Below the pieces are notes generated by a model, which searched no databases, was not told the origin of the DNA, and saw only the letters and a list, made by a program, of their open reading frames with translations. A stretch of 64,000 nucleotides of DNA, from the IMG/VR virus record IMGVR_UViG_3300025759_000060, one strand, 5' to 3'. This document shows positions 28,301-39,400 of this stretch, piece after piece. Made by a program: the position numbers and the translations under genes. Source of the stretch: an uncultured virus (IMG/VR IMGVR_UViG_3300025759_000060) (lineage: Duplodnaviria; Heunggongvirae; Uroviricota; Caudoviricetes). The number at the start of each line of letters is the position of its first letter. Within the stretch, counting starts at the first letter, position 1.

Positions 28301-31300
28301 GACCGTGTAGTGCATTGGGTTGGTGATCCAGTTACGGGTTTTGATAACTACAAAAGCAGAAGCGATGTTGCTGATGATGAAGTTCCAATAGAAATGGCAG
28401 GCTGGGCGCAAAACGTAAATTACATAAGCAATGACGAAAAACTAGGCGGTGGACTAGACATTAAAGGCAAAGGAAATATAATTGATGTAGAAATAAGCAA
28501 AGATGGCAGTGTAATAGCCATGTGCTTTGGTGCTAATTCTCAGTCCCCGACGACAACCGACAAAGGAAGTGTTAGGGTTATAAAGTTACAACAAACATAT
28601 TCTCTACCCACTGAATTGCCAACTAGTTATCTTGACGAAAGAGCGGTCGATATACTACAACTTCCAAAGCAAAATAAATGGGTAACAACATTTGAGCAAT
28701 TTGGAGTAAATATTTTCCCTCGCCTGCGTAATCAATCTGGACAGATAATAAGCGATGGGGCTGAAGAAAGATTCGGAATGTCCATCTCTATGAGTGCAAA
28801 TGGGTCTTTGCTAGCAGTGGGCGCTAGCGCTGTGCTTAATAAGAAAATTTTCCCTACAGATAATTCTGTACGCCGTGTGCCAAATGAGCTTTTTGTCTAT
28901 GATTTATCATCATTTAATGATACAGCTCCACCAGTTTTAGCACCAGAAGAAACTCAACCTGACGCTACAACAACATCGACTACAACTACTACAACATCGA
29001 CGACACCTCCTCCAACCGCTATCACAACGACCACAACAACCACTACGACAACAACTACTACTATTGCTCCAGTAACAAATAACCCTAAATGTTTGCCAGC
29101 TGTATCTTACTGGAAGACAGTAAATCTTCAGGCGCAACCGGCAGAAGATCCAAATACTCCGGGTCATAACAAAAGTCAGGTTAATCATCAAAAGGAAATA
29201 TTTGTAATCAATCCTGATGCCCCCGTACCAAATACTAATAGAGTTAATTATGTAGAAGGTTTACTTTACGCAGAACCTCATGGCATCCAAGCTCATGATA
29301 GAATAATTCCCGGTTATGATTTTTATGTTTATCCTAATAATGCGTATACTATTTACAGTGATGCTAGAGTAACTAATTATTATTTTAAAGATAATCCATT
29401 TATTCATATTACAGCTTCGCGTATAGATGAACATGAATTTCCCGGTGCTGGATTACAAAAGTATTTTAGTGGAATAATTACTCTTTTCTTGCGGGAGGGT
29501 TATGATACTTGGGATGGTGAAAGTTTTTTAATATTTTCAACTAAACGAGTAGTTGGTACTAACCCAAATTACATAAACGGAAAAGATGTTGCACTTTTAG
29601 GTGTTGCAGAAGCGAATGCTCAAGGTTTCAATTGTGCCAGCCTGAATCAAAAAAACGAAGTTTGTTTAGATTATGATATTGATGTTGGCGTTGAAACTGT
29701 TGGCAGTCAACGTTACTATACTTTCAATGGGCTTTCTAGCTTAAATCATAAATTTAAATTAAGAAACGGTGTCTATCGTTTTAGAAATGTCTCAAGATCG
29801 CACCCAATTGGTTTCTATCCAGTTGATCAACCCCAAGGTTTTATAGATTGGGCTGTCCTGTATGCCAATGACAATACATTTGCATTGTCTTCTAATGTTA
29901 ATTTTAGCTACGATTTAGACAGTACAAAGCATAGTCCAATACATGTCAAAAAGAATATTCAAGGTTTTGATGTAGCATATGCAGCAACTATATGGAACCC
30001 CAATAGAGATCCATACACAATAGTACTAAATGTTGCAGATGATTTTGGAACAGCTAGCTATGAATGTTATAACCACGGCTTTATGGGTGGGGCTGCTAAT
30101 TTAGTTTATGATAGCTCTTGTCCAGCGTTTGTTGAGCCTGAACCAGCGAGGGTTCCAGCTATCACAACGACAACCACTACCACTACAAGAAGTCCTATTG
30201 TTTTTCAAGAAGATCCCATATTTGACATCCCACCGCTTCCAGAAGGTTATGATAACTGGGAACATTGGTTTAATGACCAAGCTACAACCACGACTACAAC
30301 TACAGTAGAACCAATTGTAGTAGTAGAACCTGTACAACCGCGTGTCATAGTTACAACTACGCCCAAGCCATATGTCCCAGTTCTTACAATGCCGAGTGGC
30401 CCTACGTGTACGCCGTATGGGATTGTTCTTAAGAATAAAACTGATCAAGAAATACAAAATCGTGTCAGATCAAATCTAAATGTAGGTTACAAAGATTACA
30501 AACAAGGATTAATTAACACTGATGTACAAGATTGGAAATCTTATTCTTGGCTTCCAGATGCTAGACCTTGGGGTATGAAGTTTATTAACAGTTCGGCAGA
30601 TGTAATTTTCGACAATAATATGAACATTATTGGTCATAATGATGCCCTCCCTGAATATTGGACTGACTATTTTGTTGGATCTCCAAATGGCATATCAGGA
30701 AATACTTATTTATCTCTCGCCGCTCCAAACATCTTGAGAGAAAAAGACGTGTACGAAATATACTTACTAGAAATTTCAGAAGATTCTCCAATCACTGATT
30801 ATGATTTTAGAGATAATCCTCATATTGAGTTAATACCTTTAGATAAAACAAAAACTAGAAAAAATTCCGTACCTTATTTCATTAGTACTAAAAGTTATTT
30901 ATTCGACGCAAGAAACTCTGTTCGGGATAATGCTAGTTATAGTCCGTATATTAGCACTGATCCAAATGCAGACACCAGATGTGATTATTACTGGGGTAAT
31001 GTTATACTAAGGATAAAAAAAGAGGCTAACAATTACTACAACCAGATTGATATTCCCGCTTATGACAAAAGAATAAGCAGAGAAATTAGAATTCAACGCG
31101 GCTTCTTTTCTATACTTTCACAATGGATGGAAGTAGTTAGATTTTATATTAATCAGGGTTCGTGTTCAAGACGGCACGTCGCTGGAACATACTTAAGTGA
31201 CTATATTGTAAAACAAAAACAATCTATTGCAACAACACAAAATTCATTATTATCGGACACGTATAGGAGGGTAAAAATTAATGCACTTTCAAACCTCTAT

Positions 31301-33454
31301 TTAGATTCAGACACTAAAAACGTAAGAACTGAAAAAACTTATTACGAAACTGGCCCAAGTAAAAAATTAGTAGTTAGAAATGATGTTGATCCACTGTTTT
31401 ATCCCAAATACCAAAAAACAGGAAGAAGTTTAGATGTAAATGATGTTCGTGTGTATGATACTTTTTCAGTTTCTTCTGGAGTTTCTAGTTCCCAACGTAG
31501 TAAACCAAGTAGAATAAATGGCATTGCTAATATTAATGACCCGTCTCCATTCGTAGTATATAGAGATTATCCAGAAGATTTTAATAGTGTAAATAAAACA
31601 TTAGATTTTGGAATGGAAGAATTTGAGCAAAGATTTGTAGTATCTCTTTTTGATCCTGAAGCCAGAAATGTTATGACAAGAGAAGTTTTCTGTTTGCCAA
31701 CAGACGGTGGTTTTGGATACTCTCAAAACAGAGAACAGTCTGAAAGTGCTACATTAAATCCAATTAGCTCCTTGTCAACTAACCCGTCTTCTTTCTCTTT
31801 TAGTTCTAGTGATGATACTAAATTTTCTTTTTCGGAGGATAATTCAGATTTCTTGGGTCCAGTAAATGTATATAGATCATCGTTTCTTAATGACGGGGCA
31901 AATGCAAGTACAATTCCCGTTGGGGTTGACGTAGGAGACACATCAATAGACGGTGATTTTTATGCATACAGTTATCATTTATATGGAAGATTTCCAACCA
32001 TCGTTGTTAAAAATTATACCAACAACGCCACCCACGCAACGATTGAGCCGGATGGAATCTTAGCAGGACATAAACTATCTTTAAAACAACTTAATCCAAA
32101 TAATTGGAGTGCAAAGCCTTTACTATTAGCTGTATCTTCTTTAGAGAGTGTTAAGATTTATTTGATAGATGGAACTAAATTCCTTACACCAATTTTGTTA
32201 AAAGGAGGAATTGATTTTGAAAATCCATATCTTAACTTTATTAAAGAAAAAGGGTTTTTACCAGATGATAGAAATGCTAATTACTCTAAGCCGGAAAGTT
32301 TTATATCCCCCGTTGGATCTAATCGTAATAACGTTGTACAATCTCAAGATTCTGATAGAACAATAAGGCTACAACCAGACGAAGACTTAGTTAGAGATAT
32401 TACTATTAGTTGGCACAATGTAGTTAAGTCCACTGCTTATAATATCATAGGTCGCGGAAAAGGTAATTATAACAAAAAAATGTACAAACATATACTAATT
32501 CCTAGACTTAACACAGCCGTAGAAGAATCTATAATAGATAGATCACAAAGATCAATAATTGATAATGTATATCCCACTGTTAATGATAATCAAGTAAGCC
32601 GCCTGTTAAGTCTTGCAAAGGTGCAAAATTTGAATAATATATTTGATCTTAATAACATATCTGATCCAGCATTTTATAGTGAAAATAGTGTATTGTCTAT
32701 TAAGATTAGCAATGCGGTCGCAGGAGAAAGTTTTGATATTGAATGGTGGCATAAGGGCGCAATAGTTAGAAATAGAAAACAAGCGTTAGCTGATAAAAAT
32801 GGCGTTTTAACAGACACGTTTGCGGGTGCTGGTCAGTGGGTTAACCATGTTAATCAATATGGCATGATATTCATGGGTGTAAATAGTATCCCTGTGCTTT
32901 CTGGAGAGGTTAAAGTTGTGGTTAGAAGAAGTAATATTTCGTCTCAAGTTGATTATATTCTTTCTACTAGACTTCCTCAAAAACGCCAAAGTGATAATAT
33001 GCGAAACAGTTTTATAGATTCAGCAGAATTAAGAGACAATGGCTATAGCAATAGCTTTATTCAAAGTTTAAGGGGTACTAGTTTCCAAGGGCCAGTTTCT
33101 TTAATTGCTGATGTAGACCAAGAATCTAACGTTCTTATAAATGAATTTAGACGCGATTCCACAAAGAGCAATTCATTTATAGAAGCTTTTGCTGGAGAAA
33201 ATTATGGCTGGGACAATGTTGTTCTTAGGACTACAGATGGTGGCGTTGGCCCTAAGCCTGCGGATTTAATATTAGATTACAATGCACAATATACTAGCGC
33301 AGCTATTTCATTACAACAAGATTTTATTACTGTGCCATCTATAACAACTGCTACTTTAACTTCTGACACAATTGTTGGTGGTGGAAGTATTACTCCTGAC
33401 GACACTTATGACGGTGGCGGGGGTGGCGGTGGTGGCGGTGGAGGAGGATACTAA
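22382..33454 (+). CDS. Giant multidomain virion surface protein (3690 aa): FG-GAP-like propeller blades, a cupredoxin-like module, poly-Thr linkers and a poly-Gly C-terminus
   Basis: FGFAVSINSVGNIVAVS, FGKSITLSADGFLLAIS, FGQSFDMTNSANVIVAG, FGMSISMSANGSLLAVG; HPIGF...YECYNHGFMGG; at least 8 Thr-rich linkers. Confidence 0.75.
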   Translation: MAYNFTDKYPDIADVDLILSHQLVEQIFRLHSTQFEGSRAVIVDDEVEFEMVNTIPDSLRAISNSRILVRYVWTPDETTSERFTYDLAEMELPPIVPHSFSSFAMNPENEYKFSTPLVATAIDGSSQYLRHGYGYYRFEFAFLGGTSVGSSSPARGDLSDYISTDFFKVEDGFEKSNFQLEQAEYPYPTTTTTTLSPIVSYPAPVILNVGTLEFTQFNVLHSKLLDGTEDYKGADIIKGKSEAGVVSEYYYDNDIKSEKVIGILTPQENECDFLRNPNSDDNSTYLRSAQDFTSTEFYLHAKIPDFSRVLSKIKEQSFPNANIYVDVEANTHEDATFRKIETYTININNAPNVEEKFFTLRLDHIINHESLIFNEVSFRLLLRDEESFLVDSFYSNDFSSNKLCNAGFFGEVTTTTTTSTTTTTTTTAAPTPIDSVTFSQAGNDLIPYLPVGSEPNIGKFGFAVSINSVGNIVAVSNPYHNGFNQGDEKHGSVHVYMWNGFDWYPFGEFFGNQSTTFGKSITLSADGFLLAISDENYVRIYRYDTEINTWVVLNSIEVEEQGGNKHVDVLHVEFDVSEGSTLAVSYSVEDSSTYPRQSVSKLSIYRDNGEGYSKLIDNFTNELSTSISDINNIFVCSNSINQIDTNLENNFRQLGNTFNFKAYDTASDIDGNIVAFLLPQNQAVDGWPFPHGGLLAIKAFRRINVRYEQLGSDILIDTTDNYLRNNPNLELVGARGKIQSSDLIKISEEGLFLIVRTLHSTDQTQAGKFGSISVYQYDEGIRDWVVSKNVIRLDDSEDYTGLNFGQSFDMTNSANVIVAGSNNTVDGQQGICRVYTKNGFRIPVVFNVPGIFPEHMPTTTTTTTPVPTTTTTTTTTTTTTTTTTVAPVRTITFLPARSIKTVNTLISGADVTGGIVPAYAPFSRVIPQHFLDKVREGNVTPRIYSTHGQHYYYQDDVNLHVVTHGATRYVAGMPHGYKWIDDPTKDYIYGRFDGHLNNKYHWYGVGQRDQSIKGNAGYRGVKTRNFDFYSQEREAFFFHRENDVTYMGLAYPEALKPDGSPNTVMTQPQGAYGGRYGLGQSGFYGAGQGSEYWQTRVETLDFNGRLVDIFCGYSLEFTLDPNQLGVFIFIWRTGTDSNGVTSVMHGNIADGFWVFSYKATEAQRNALRNTIPENFPTTSFGDYFATFDYEPTTTPPPVLEIPTQAITTTTAPAVPIEEECNLLSYKTPTDLIEQDSSSETYNEIVSVRGLSSGAYRVFEIGADNQFKSDFNRNSGGTDESHYRFRQISSSFQLNAPIVGYSSSPRFKLTGFAIDSKYKTYFNEVYERKWDADTGRGLARNESGYPQPAKVHYWTDKNGVRQSRKGNDIEFLEGELVEYRNESKISPLYTSSFSRKSLSTAGWNSVPYGTYRILQTNILAYGAHKLLRNVHDNGGGYISAQQGNRTIPRTADGFARTDGEYFFLFTFCNSDEVPEGYHGDWPRDLSNLPTITTTTTTRAPTPIDPAAPVSEYTAINGIEPFDRFRADSLITQDYKGINRNTRESDIISTDGNGIHYEFNNIAMSNDGEFIAFTHGFDNHGSFQNSQSSFTTNISVLKRGKYFDLETKTYNSIPRDNNGNLIPKTSELQYGYYQNIVLEGADKDFANLQIENDHPYVKLTFNDNNNDARLYELANDDFITLADGSQYFVPTFKRKEPDNYILHYSVNGAASPINIPRNQAHVFQRNGSLQLTNHYQGGMSRKSMLVRQGLAPIDVAGKTEPNDLIKLHILDITSDKLSVYGPYGMLFPVYSINHPLIRLAAGKLSVGVGNFGYIPYLPSTSLYPTHFGAHDRTYSGEVSAISANGKVIAISHDNYKAFTKDYLKSDIRGKRVVVYEWGIDAQKPLAKPSDGRDDMSGNLQPRWLLITHQIQLRHPDMDSGEISPYLDEAFTVSRPYTVRVIASKLSHDGKRLVIAYSATTEVDGEERTAQTIRVYDRVVHWVGDPVTGFDNYKSRSDVADDEVPIEMAGWAQNVNYISNDEKLGGGLDIKGKGNIIDVEISKDGSVIAMCFGANSQSPTTTDKGSVRVIKLQQTYSLPTELPTSYLDERAVDILQLPKQNKWVTTFEQFGVNIFPRLRNQSGQIISDGAEERFGMSISMSANGSLLAVGASAVLNKKIFPTDNSVRRVPNELFVYDLSSFNDTAPPVLAPEETQPDATTTSTTTTTTSTTPPPTAITTTTTTTTTTTTTIAPVTNNPKCLPAVSYWKTVNLQAQPAEDPNTPGHNKSQVNHQKEIFVINPDAPVPNTNRVNYVEGLLYAEPHGIQAHDRIIPGYDFYVYPNNAYTIYSDARVTNYYFKDNPFIHITASRIDEHEFPGAGLQKYFSGIITLFLREGYDTWDGESFLIFSTKRVVGTNPNYINGKDVALLGVAEANAQGFNCASLNQKNEVCLDYDIDVGVETVGSQRYYTFNGLSSLNHKFKLRNGVYRFRNVSRSHPIGFYPVDQPQGFIDWAVLYANDNTFALSSNVNFSYDLDSTKHSPIHVKKNIQGFDVAYAATIWNPNRDPYTIVLNVADDFGTASYECYNHGFMGGAANLVYDSSCPAFVEPEPARVPAITTTTTTTTRSPIVFQEDPIFDIPPLPEGYDNWEHWFNDQATTTTTTTVEPIVVVEPVQPRVIVTTTPKPYVPVLTMPSGPTCTPYGIVLKNKTDQEIQNRVRSNLNVGYKDYKQGLINTDVQDWKSYSWLPDARPWGMKFINSSADVIFDNNMNIIGHNDALPEYWTDYFVGSPNGISGNTYLSLAAPNILREKDVYEIYLLEISEDSPITDYDFRDNPHIELIPLDKTKTRKNSVPYFISTKSYLFDARNSVRDNASYSPYISTDPNADTRCDYYWGNVILRIKKEANNYYNQIDIPAYDKRISREIRIQRGFFSILSQWMEVVRFYINQGSCSRRHVAGTYLSDYIVKQKQSIATTQNSLLSDTYRRVKINALSNLYLDSDTKNVRTEKTYYETGPSKKLVVRNDVDPLFYPKYQKTGRSLDVNDVRVYDTFSVSSGVSSSQRSKPSRINGIANINDPSPFVVYRDYPEDFNSVNKTLDFGMEEFEQRFVVSLFDPEARNVMTREVFCLPTDGGFGYSQNREQSESATLNPISSLSTNPSSFSFSSSDDTKFSFSEDNSDFLGPVNVYRSSFLNDGANASTIPVGVDVGDTSIDGDFYAYSYHLYGRFPTIVVKNYTNNATHATIEPDGILAGHKLSLKQLNPNNWSAKPLLLAVSSLESVKIYLIDGTKFLTPILLKGGIDFENPYLNFIKEKGFLPDDRNANYSKPESFISPVGSNRNNVVQSQDSDRTIRLQPDEDLVRDITISWHNVVKSTAYNIIGRGKGNYNKKMYKHILIPRLNTAVEESIIDRSQRSIIDNVYPTVNDNQVSRLLSLAKVQNLNNIFDLNNISDPAFYSENSVLSIKISNAVAGESFDIEWWHKGAIVRNRKQALADKNGVLTDTFAGAGQWVNHVNQYGMIFMGVNSIPVLSGEVKVVVRRSNISSQVDYILSTRLPQKRQSDNMRNSFIDSAELRDNGYSNSFIQSLRGTSFQGPVSLIADVDQESNVLINEFRRDSTKSNSFIEAFAGENYGWDNVVLRTTDGGVGPKPADLILDYNAQYTSAAISLQQDFITVPSITTATLTSDTIVGGGSITPDDTYDGGGGGGGGGGGGY
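23618..23662 (+). repeat. Poly-threonine coding tract
   Basis: TTTTTTSTTTTTTTT with mixed codons. Confidence 0.9.
24953..25033 (+). repeat. Poly-threonine coding tract
   Basis: TTTTTTTPVP followed by a long Thr run, mixed codons. Confidence 0.9.
28967..29062 (+). repeat. Poly-threonine coding tract
   Basis: TTTSTTTTTTSTTPPPTAI followed by a long Thr run. Confidence 0.9.
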
Positions 33455-36400
33455 TGGTTGTTAATTATAATAAACTATTTGATGATGGAAAATACCAAAA
33501 TATCACAATAGATCAAGGTGTGCAGGGAGATGCATTTGAAATGCCCACTCTTGATGATTTTAAGATGAGACTTTTAAAATCTGAATCTTATGTTATATTA
33601 TATGATTTTCATTCACTTCCAATTAATTTGGGAGTTTCTCAGGCAGCGTCGTCATCAGCTCCTCAACTTGTAAAAATGAGAAGACATGTCACTAACCCTA
33701 TTGACACTACTGCGTCTATGAATAGGTATAGTCGTCCCTGTCAAATACCACCTGAACCAGAAGAGTTTGGGGACGCATTTGGTAAATCGGGTAAAGATTG
33801 TGAACAAGCAACTAGAATATACAATGGAGGTGGAAAGCTTAATGGTTCATATAGAGATAAAAATGGAAGCTTTAAAGACTTTAGCTTTAAAGTATATGCA
33901 AGTTCCATGCTTTTAAAAAGAAGAACAGCGCAATTGTCAAATCCATATCCAGTATATAAAACAGGTTCTGCCAATAGTGTAATAGAGTCGTGGAAACGAG
34001 CTAATAAATTCGTAACTGCTAACAACCCACGTACTGATGTTTCTAGTTTAAGTAAATCATCAGAGGCGTACAAAAGATATGCCGCTACAGGAGAATACGC
34101 AACAGCAAGAAGAATTACATTCAACATGGATGATCCAAGATTTTCTACAGAACCAACGAAACACACCACCACAGTACGAGCGCAGCTTTCTGAAGGATTG
34201 TCGGCAAAAGGTTATCCAGCTTTCACTGGTCCTATATTATGGAAAGTTATTTATGGCACAGGACCAACCTTTGGAGCTGGAACAATAAATGACAAAGATA
34301 TGTTAGTGGAAGGTAGGAACATGATAGTTGGCGGTTCTTACGCTATGATAAAAAAATCAGATTACGATGCACTTATAAGAACGAGGAGGGATCTTGGACT
34401 CTCAATAGAGAGATTTAAAAAAAGCGGACTTTTTACTGAGTTTGAAGTAGAATATGATTTACCTGACTTGTGGGAGTGTAAGTTTAAGTTAACTAAAAAT
34501 AACGGTCAACGAATTCATGATGGTCGTTTCGACGTAACAGATAAAGATATACAAGCTATACCATATTCATATGATACCATACCTTCTACTGCTTTCTATA
34601 AACCTCCTAAAGATAGTGACATTGTTTCTCTTGGGGGCGGTAAGTATGGCACTGCGGCATCAAGTAGAATTCCTGACACGCTTACAAAAATTGTCACAGG
34701 AGATGCTGATTTTGTAGAACTTCCAGATAGAGGCAGAGCAGTTTATTGGCAACATTACTATAAGTTTAATGGAGATGGAGAATTTGCTGGTGTTAATCCC
34801 AATAATGTTGAAAAGTTTTGGGACAATGGAGGAACCTATCAAACAACAAGACCCGGATATCAGACTGTGTACGAAACAGAAAAATTTGACTACGGTAAAT
34901 ATGTTTCTCAGATACCTAGATTATATTATCAAGCTTCTAAATCTCCCAGCGAATCAATATACTTTAAAAACCCAAGTTTTCCTAGACCCGTACAGGCTAA
35001 TGGTGTTCAGTTTGTTTTCAACCCTAAGCAAATAGAGAATGGCGATAACGAAGTTACTGCGATTAATTATATAGATCCTAATTTTGCAACGTCTTCTTTT
35101 TTTGGTAGACCTAAGAAAAAGGGTGTAGTTAAATTTTCTACTTATGATGTTGGAGAATTCACTCTTGAAATTGTTCAAGCTAATAAAATTAGCACCACGG
35201 CAAATGCTCCAAACCAACAATTTAAAGCTTATAAACTAAAAACAGCAGGGGTTGATAAACAACACAGAGGTTTGAAATCAGATTTTGATACCGTGCTAGA
35301 AAGGTGGAGCAATAAAAAGTATAGTCAAAAAATTACTTTTACTGATAAAACCGGAAAACCTGATAAGTTAGTTTTAAAGCAAGCTAATATACAAAACATA
35401 CCCGGAGTTGTTAATGATTTTACTTCGCAATGGTCTCAAGACTATTCTTTTGGAGCCACGAGTCGTGACTTATCTAGCAATGACTCTGTTGGTCAATTGG
35501 CTATACAAGGTACAACGAACATGTCTACACATGTCTACAACGAGTGGTATGATCGTTATGGTAATTTACTTGGAGTTAGTCCTCAGTACAATGAAATTGC
35601 GCTTAAGGGCATAACTCAACTTGCCGCAACAAACAATAGTAGACGAGAATATGAGCTGATTGAATATGAAGTTAAAGCACCATCTGCCTCTCAAGCTGGA
35701 TTGCCTTATGGCTCTACTGACATACGGGTAGCCGCACCTAATCATACATTCTTTTACGAAGTTAGATATATAGTACAAGGGTCACGATCAAAAGCAGTAG
35801 AATTAAAAAACTCAGGTGGATCTGCCACAAAAAGAAATTCTTATTTTGGAAAGTACTTTACTCCAGTTGCAGGTGATAGCTCTGGTGGAAATTTATCAAA
35901 TGACTCTACGCTACCAGCTGGACAGCAACTTCCAAGTCGTCTAGATCCAACAGTATACGATGCGGTTCCTTATGTAGAATTTAATGAAGATGGAACCAAG
36001 CTGCTGATAGCTCAAAAAGCAATTGGAAAGTTTTCTTACATAGAGAAGGAAAGAGATAGAGATTATAGAAAAGGATATTTAAAAATAATAGATAGGGTTT
36101 CTACAGAAGGTGCAGATAATAAAGTTCGTATTTCTTTTGATGTAGATCCTACTGGGCAAAAAAGCACGTATGAAACTGCGTTCTTCAATGATTTGGAAAT
36201 TACCGCTAAAAAAGACCGTTATATGTATAAAGGGTTTCAAGACGGTAAGTTTGGTTTAAGCAAGGACGGCGCATTTATAGCTTGCTATTTCACTGATGGT
36301 GATAGAAATAATCTTAATAGATATCCACCTAGATTATTTTTATATAAAAATATGAATGCAGAAACAGAAGATAAAGAATATAAATCTGCTAATGAAGGTG

Positions 36401-39400
36401 GGTATTTTAGCCCCTCGGTAGTACAAAATAATGTTCCATTCAATGTTCCTTTAAATCCTAATACTAATGAATATACTTATAATGCTCAGGAAAATTTAGA
36501 TTTTCTTGTAGAAGAAAGGCCGTTCGATGGCTTGAGCGTTGCTGATCCAAAAGATGAGTTAACATGTATTCCTTACTGGAGACCGGAGTTCTTATATCCC
36601 AACAGAAACCAGCATTTGTATGTAAGATATCCATTTGGCGACCTTGACCAATCTTCTACCGAACTGCCAAGGTATATGAATGAACTTCGTGCAGATTATC
36701 CACTGGCTAAAAAAGCTATACTATCACAGATTAATGTTATTGGGTATAATCCGTATGATACTTCAACGAACAATATTCATAAAGACAGTGGGTATTGGCG
36801 GCTCGCAGCAATTCAAGATAATGTTTTCTTTGAAAATGGCGATAACGAGCCACTAACCACGGATCGTACACTAAGTGGATCTTTGGGTTGTATCAGCGTT
36901 CAAATGCGTATTGATGAAGGAAATCCAAATTCTCTTACTGGAATAGGCGAAGAAACACTTGTGTTAGACACTAAAACTACCTCTGGATGGAATCCGGGTA
37001 CATATAACAGTAGAACTATAGATTATAATTATAGACCATATTTTTCTTTCGTTGGATCACTACGAGCGTTGAGTACAAGTAATGATTTTGCAAGCCAGTA
37101 TACCGAATATGATTCATCACAATCATACCGAACGGGAAAGTTTACAGGGCAATATGGGTTTGGTCGAGTACCCATATATGATTTTACTGATGCTGTCGAA
37201 AGTTTTATAGTTCGTACCAAGTCTGACACTGGACTTTCAATTGGCGTAGGAACTCACAAATTTATTAATATACCTTACAGATATCCTGTCACCTTTTTAG
37301 TTGATGACATAAAAGGTGTTTCAATACAAACTTTGAAGGACGAGACCTTTAACGAGTCAGAGTATAAAGAGTCAACTAAAATAGTAAGAGACAGATTTGG
37401 AGATACTGATTACACTGAAACTCTTGATTTGCGTTATACATATGTTAGTCCAAAAACAGGGCAAATTAAGAAAAAAGATTATTACAGTGGATCATTAATT
37501 TTAAAGATAACTCCTGAATATTTTGACAATGCTAATAATCCACCCATAGTAATGGTGACTATGAAAAGGTTGGTGACTACGAATGGAAAGTCGTATGACC
37601 TTACTCCTGAACCAGTTAATATTTATCCTGTAGAAACTTGTGATTCTTCTTTGCTTAAAGCTCATATACTTCCAGATGGCACAACGCTATATGGCACTAC
37701 CACCACCACCACTACCACCACCACAACTACTATACCGCCGGGAGAACCTAATTTTCACTTTGATAGATTTTATGTTAAGAGAAAAGACGATAGGTTTATA
37801 GAGGAGGAGATAACGCCTTTTACTCTTTCGTATTCAGATTATACCACTATAGCCCAAGAGTATCTTTTGCCGTCTAGACCGCCCACTTATGAAGAACTTA
37901 GAAATAGTTCTCAAGCAGGAAAAAGATATAGAAAAATATCAATAGATTCCGGTGCTAGATTTAGTCAAATTAAGTTAAATGATAGCGGTAATCTATTAAT
38001 ATTTAAAAATAAATTTATAGATGATCGTACAGCTTTAGGAGACCTTGGAGCATTAAAGACGGGGGTTGGCCTACAGGGTAGAACAGATTTTTCTTTTAGT
38101 TATAGTCAGCTTCAAGACGCTGGTGGAGGTAATCGTCAGTATGGACTCTACACTGATAAAGCTTTAAAAAGTTTTGCTGGTTATGATCGCACAAAACCAA
38201 ATGACCCCTTACCAACAAACGCACACGTTTTCTTTGGAAGAACAAATGATAATTTTGATGAAAATGATATTAACGACTTTGTTATAAATGACAGTGGTAA
38301 CACATTACTATACAGTCCAAGCGAAGGTTCATACAAGGGTAATCTTTTACACGGTGTGGCTGATTTTGATTCTACATCTATAAATAACAGTGACGCTTTG
38401 TATGAATTGTCGGGAGGAGAGAAAAGTGTTGCTAAACAAATAAAAAATGCTTATGGAGAAAAAATTAAAAAGTTTTCTTTATCAAAAGATAACAATGTTC
38501 TTGCAATAATTCAAGAAAATAGCCAATTTTTACAACACGCAAGTCAAAGCATTCTTAGAGGCAGTGCATTTGGTTTTGGTAATGCAACGCAAATTTATCC
38601 AACAACGGGAACCTATCCACACAACAAGCCGGAAAGTTTTTCAAATATATTAGTTTTTGATAGAACTGGCGATAACAATTGGGCTATTCGTAATAGTCGA
38701 TCATTATCAACTACTTGGGAAATTCCAATTGGAAAGCCTGAAAGCGTAGCATTTCAAGCATATGAAGATATAAGAATAAACAAGGATGGAACTATAATAG
38801 CAGGATTAAGATATGAAAATAATTCTGCGGTTCCATCAATAAATCTTAGCACGAAACGCCAAGACGGAAATACAAACATATACTATAATAGCTCAAAAGC
38901 TTTTGGGTCTAATTTAAATCTATCCGTTGATGGTGGTTCAGATTTTCAATATAAAAATGGATTTTATATAGATGTTTGGAAGTATAATTCTGGAGACAAA
39001 AGATGGGATATGCTTGGCGCTAAAAATGTTGGAGGCTTAATAAATGAGCTAAGATATTTTACTAGTGGTGATAAACACTCGATACGATTAACCAACAATG
39101 AAACTGCTATCAGTAGAGATTATCAAGATATTAATTATGAAATAAATCATGAAGGCAATGTTTTAGCTCTCACATACAGAGATAAGAATATTGGTAAATA
39201 TCATTTTCAACAAATATATGCTTACAACGAATCTAAGGATGAGTGGATTAAAACTTTCTCACGAGACAGTAGAGATTCTATTGCACAAACAATTCAACAT
39301 TTTAATATTATAAATTCATCATCCTATACTGAAGACGTAAAAGATAATGCTGGTAATATAGTATATGATCCTAATAAGAATTTTTGTTATTTACACAATA

